Source of the DNA: Lama glama
Taxonomy: Eukaryota
NCBI GenBank assembly: GCA_028534125.1
Contig: CM052818.1
Span: 14,138,001-14,202,000, forward strand
Reading direction: 5' to 3'
Length of the DNA stretch: 64,000 nucleotides
The number at the start of each line of letters is the position of its first letter. The stretch's first letter is position 1. Positions 58,420 to 64,000 of this stretch are shown piece by piece. A model generated the notes under the pieces. It was not told the origin of the DNA. It ran no database searches and saw only the letters and a program-made list of their open reading frames with translations. The translations under genes and the position numbers were made by a program.

Positions 58420-58730
58420 GAGCATGGTCTCTGGAGTCAGACCTGGGTTTGAATGCTGACTCCATCACTTATCACCGCCCAGAAGTCCGGAAGCTCTATG
58501 GCGGAGGTCCCACAGAGGCCACGGCTGTGCTCTCTGAAGCCACGCTGCCTGGGTCTGAATTAAGGTCCACCACTTACTAGCTGTGCAACTTTGGGCAAAC
58601 AACATAAGCTGTCTGTGCCTTAGCTGCCAAATTTGTAAGTGGAAATAATAAAGGCCTTATTCACTGGGTTCCAGTGAAGATGAAGGCGAAGGGCTAGCAC
58701 AGTTGCTGGCTCAGCAGTATTAGCGCCGTC
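58420..58730. mobile_element. MIR SINE fragments
   Basis: ctctggagtcagacctgggtttgaat, ccacttactagctgtgcaactttgggcaa. Confidence 0.65.
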
Positions 58731-58924
58731 ATTATCGTCACTACCGTCTCGACACCATTTTTCATTTTATCCCCCCAGAATACCACATGTCTCTTTATAA
58801 AAGTCCCAAGTACAAATACTTGAGGGCCAGACCCCAGTCTCGTCCTTTCCTGTCTTCACTTTCACAAATCCTTTGAGCCTCGGTGCTCATGTTTCCTCCC
58901 CAATGGAGCTGTCCCTGGCAGTGG

Positions 58925-59440
58925 GCCTGACTGAGTCTCCCTGATACCCTGTTTGTGCCAGAGCTCTTTTGTCTCCCCTCACCCACTCTCCACCCTGCTC
59001 TGTGGAGCTGGCCCACATGGACTGTATCAATGGGCTCCCGCACCCCCTGGCTTGTGATTACATGTGGTCAAGGGAGCATGAGCAGGAGACTGGAGGGAGG
59101 ATGGAAGGGAGCAAGGAAGGCGGGAGGTGGGGGTACGTGTTCCCCTAGCCACCTCCCTGCAGGGTCACTGCAGGCTGGCTGAGTCTCTGGGCTGACAGTC
59201 ATAGCTCCTGCCTGCTGTCACCTCGCACAGCAATCACTTTCAAGGTTCCAGCAACTGCCCTCCTTGGCCCCTCCAGGCCCAGGGCTGGTCGTGCTACCTG
59301 GCTGTTACTGGCTGTGTCGTGCTGCACTAGCCCTGGTCATCTCCCTACACCCTGCTCACTCCTTTATAAATAGTACCATTTTGAGCCTCTCCTCAAATTA
59401 CCCAATTTGAATGGGCCATCTGTTGCTGGGACTCTGTTCA
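58925..59440. mobile_element. LTR33-like (ERVL) solo LTR
   Basis: ctctccaccctgctctgtgg...ggactgtatcaatgggctcc...ctttataaatagtacc...ctcaaattacccaatttgaatgggccatctgttgctgggac. Confidence 0.65.
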
Positions 59441-59927
59441 AATCCTGTCCTTCTCTGACACTAGAGTTTGACTGTTCATCTTGGGAGCCTCAGTGCCTGA
59501 TACCTAGAAGCCATTCCATAAATGCTTTTTGAGTTTGTCCTTCTTGTTACACCTCTTAGTTCTAGTGCATATAAGTGTTTGATATATATTTATTCATTTC
59601 TTGATATTAGTTTTTTTTAAATATAATTGGCTTTCATTTTCCAGTAATATAAGTCAGTTCTGGAGACAGTTAGACATAAAAATAAACAGCATTCTTTACA
59701 AGCTGATGTGTTTCAACCGACTCCCACAGTTCTAGATGAGAAGAGGAAGGACATATTGCCCCCAGGTGGCAAGTGTCTGTGCATTGCAAGGAAAATGAAG
59801 ACTGGATCAGGCCAGCCTTCTGGAACAATTCTACATGTGATTAGTTCTATCTGTAACAACAAACACAAAATCCCCGTTGCCCAGCATATTTGGGGCCATC
59901 TACTAGGTGCTCTCAGTGAATATTAGC

Positions 59928-59954
59928 TGAATGAATGAATGAATGAATGAATGA
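59928..59954 (+). repeat. (TGAA)n microsatellite, probably an L2 tail
   Basis: tgaatgaatgaatgaatgaatgaatga preceded by taggtgctctcagtgaatatt. Confidence 0.8.
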
Positions 59955-60005
59955 GTTCAGTACTTTCTGTTGTAAGTACTTTCACAGGTATGTAAGGTGA
60001 TGTTA

Positions 60006-60182
<177 letters not shown>

Positions 60183-62269
60183 TCAGTCCATGCTTACAGC
60201 CAGCCCTCCCGCAGCCTTGTGCTGCATATTCAGTCTGAGAGTATCCCAAACAGGTTCAAATGTGAGTAAACACAGTTTAAGCTGCCTTGAGCCAAAATGA
60301 CTGTACAGAATAAATTTTCATTTGAACTTGATCTAAAGTTGGGCCTACATGATGCTAAAGCGTTCATCTGGGAAATGAAGGATGGGCTCACACACTCTGA
60401 AGTTCCGTTTATATGACACCAAACATCTTTCCATTTAGAAACGTCTGAGTGAATAAGGAACTGTCCTCATTTTATCCTATTGTTTGACATTGAATAAACA
60501 CAGTACATATGTATCTTCTCATAAAACAGCTTGGTCACAACGACACAAACCACTTCCTTCAATAAGACCATATTCTAAAAGATGTAGGTACCAGCTATCT
60601 GTCAGAGGAAATGGGCAGCAATATTCTTGCTAATTCCATTTTAGTTCTTTGAATGCACAGCATTGGACAGAGCAGGAATAGAGCTAAATTTTCAAGCGTC
60701 CTGGTTACAGCTCAGAGTCAGCATTTATTCACAAATTATTGTATTCTAGTAAACAGAAAACTGAAAGGGGCTTGACAGGCATTGGACTAATTCCACATAC
60801 CGATCCGATGTCTTATCACAAACACAGCTACCTAACTGGCTTAGAGTAACAACTGAGATGAAACAGTATTTAACAAACGAGCAATTAGGGAGAAAATGAA
60901 TCTGATTCTTCTAACTTATCAGTCAATAAAGTAGTGAAGAATAGACTAGAAATGGAATAATAAAACAGACCAGATTGTTTACTGAATTTCTGCTTTTAGC
61001 AGTTAATTATAAAAAGACTTTGCTTAGTAAAGCAAAAAGGAAGACCATACACAGGCATCTGAAAGGTGTTTGTAGTTGGAATGCTTTGGGGAACAGGTGG
61101 CTCTCCAAAGAGAAATTGGATGATTCCGGTTTAATTGGGAAGCTGTTTAAGCAAAACAGTAATTTGGCAGAAGATACGAAGTTCCCAATACAGTTGACAT
61201 TCAAATATCTGAGAAAGGCCAATGGGTGTAGATACTCTTTTTGACTATATTAGATTTGAAGCACCATACATCCCCCGTTTTCTAGTTTTCTTCCCTTGAG
61301 AAGCTTCCCACTCCCAAGGTCACAGAGGATGGATCAGGTGTCAGCCCTCCCTGGTTTCCCCCAAACTGGATCTGTTTGAAGCTCTTTTACAGACCAAGTC
61401 CTTTTGTACACTGAGGACATGGACGTAAGGCTCTGAGACCCTTTCAATCCACTGCCTTACATACCAATTTAAAAACTGTATTTCCTTAATCGAATATGAT
61501 TATGTACTTTTATGCAACCTAGCATGCATGTAAACAATTTAAAGTCTCAAATATTTGGAAATTAAAAAGAAAGAAACATTTAATTTCTGATAAAATTAAA
61601 TAAAAAGTCATGGCCAGAAAGAAAAGGAAATTAGGTTGAAAGGAAACAACAAAGGCAAGAACAGCTGGAGAACAAAGAAGTCACACCTCAAGGACGCACC
61701 TCAGCCCAGTTCTCAATCCTGGCTGCCTGGTGCCACCAGCTCCAGAGCTTCTGTCGTTTGTTTTTAACACAGAATTTTTTTTAAAAAAATGCATTTTTAT
61801 TCAGGATATCCAGGGTGGGGCTTGGGCTCATGCATTCTTAAAACCTCAAAGGACTTTGATCTATGATGTGTGTGTAAAATTGTCCTCAGGGTGAAATAAA
61901 TCAGAAGACCCTTCACAGTGGGATTCTGGGGGTTCAGCTCTGATGCAGCAAGTCTGCAGGTGTCAATCAGGTCAGGGAGGAGGTAAAACTCCTCTACTGG
62001 ACCCACGAAAGGTCCTGAAGCTGAGATAACCAGTGTATATTCTTTTCACTCCACCTTCTACACACCCTCAGCCCATCCTGTGTCTCTTCCATCTGTAACT
62101 AAGGCCTATCCAACACCAAATTGGGCAGGACTACCTACCCACCTCCACATACTCCCACCCCCTTGGGTGAGATTTGATCCCTTCTTTCATCTTTGAGAAT
62201 TCCGCTGACATTCATTTTAATGTGATATTACAGGAATATAATATTTGAGGGGAGAGGAAGTGAAGGAGC

Positions 62270-63527
<1,258 letters not shown>

Positions 63528-63530
63528 TCA

Positions 63531-63779
<249 letters not shown>

Positions 63780-64000
63780 TCAGAAGAATTATATACACAT
63801 CAAAATGACATGTTAACCCACTCAGCTTCGAAAGGACTCCCCCTTGGGTAAAGAAGCTTCGTCTGTGTTTTCTTCCTAAGTACAGGAGACTGGAAAGTCT
63901 GACGATAATAGTAATATGATTTCTAGAAGCATCTCTCCCCTGTTTCTCTGGCAGGATGAAGCACCTCCTCACTGTGTCCACTGCACTGTCTTCAGACCAC

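Overview
This is mammalian genomic DNA, probably camelid judging by a tRNA-derived Vic-1-like SINE. The whole window lies inside one minus-strand gene, EML6 (echinoderm microtubule-associated protein-like 6, HELP/WD40 tandem TAPE domains). I traced 22 consecutive GT-AG coding exons (63764 down to 753, 3110 nt, about 1036 codons). They splice in compatible phases with no stops; the gene's 5' part and its short final exon lie outside the window. The introns hold ordinary old repeats (L1, L2, L3/CR1, MIR, MER DNA transposons, MLT1 and LTR33 LTRs), with family calls from recalled consensus and approximate boundaries. There is no prokaryote-type system here (no CRISPR array, operon or RNA gene). 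The most interesting signal is hidden splicing structure that the ORF track misses. Three frame-preserving microexon candidates (15 nt at 20087-20101, 9 nt at 18753-18761, 21 nt at 13567-13587) carry UGC-rich acceptors typical of SRRM3/4-dependent neural microexons. They fall where the paralog EML5, as I recall its sequence, has matching short insertions. A candidate internal first coding exon (24264-24352) would produce a short isoform with only the C-terminal TAPE unit. I cannot tell from sequence alone whether these are already annotated.
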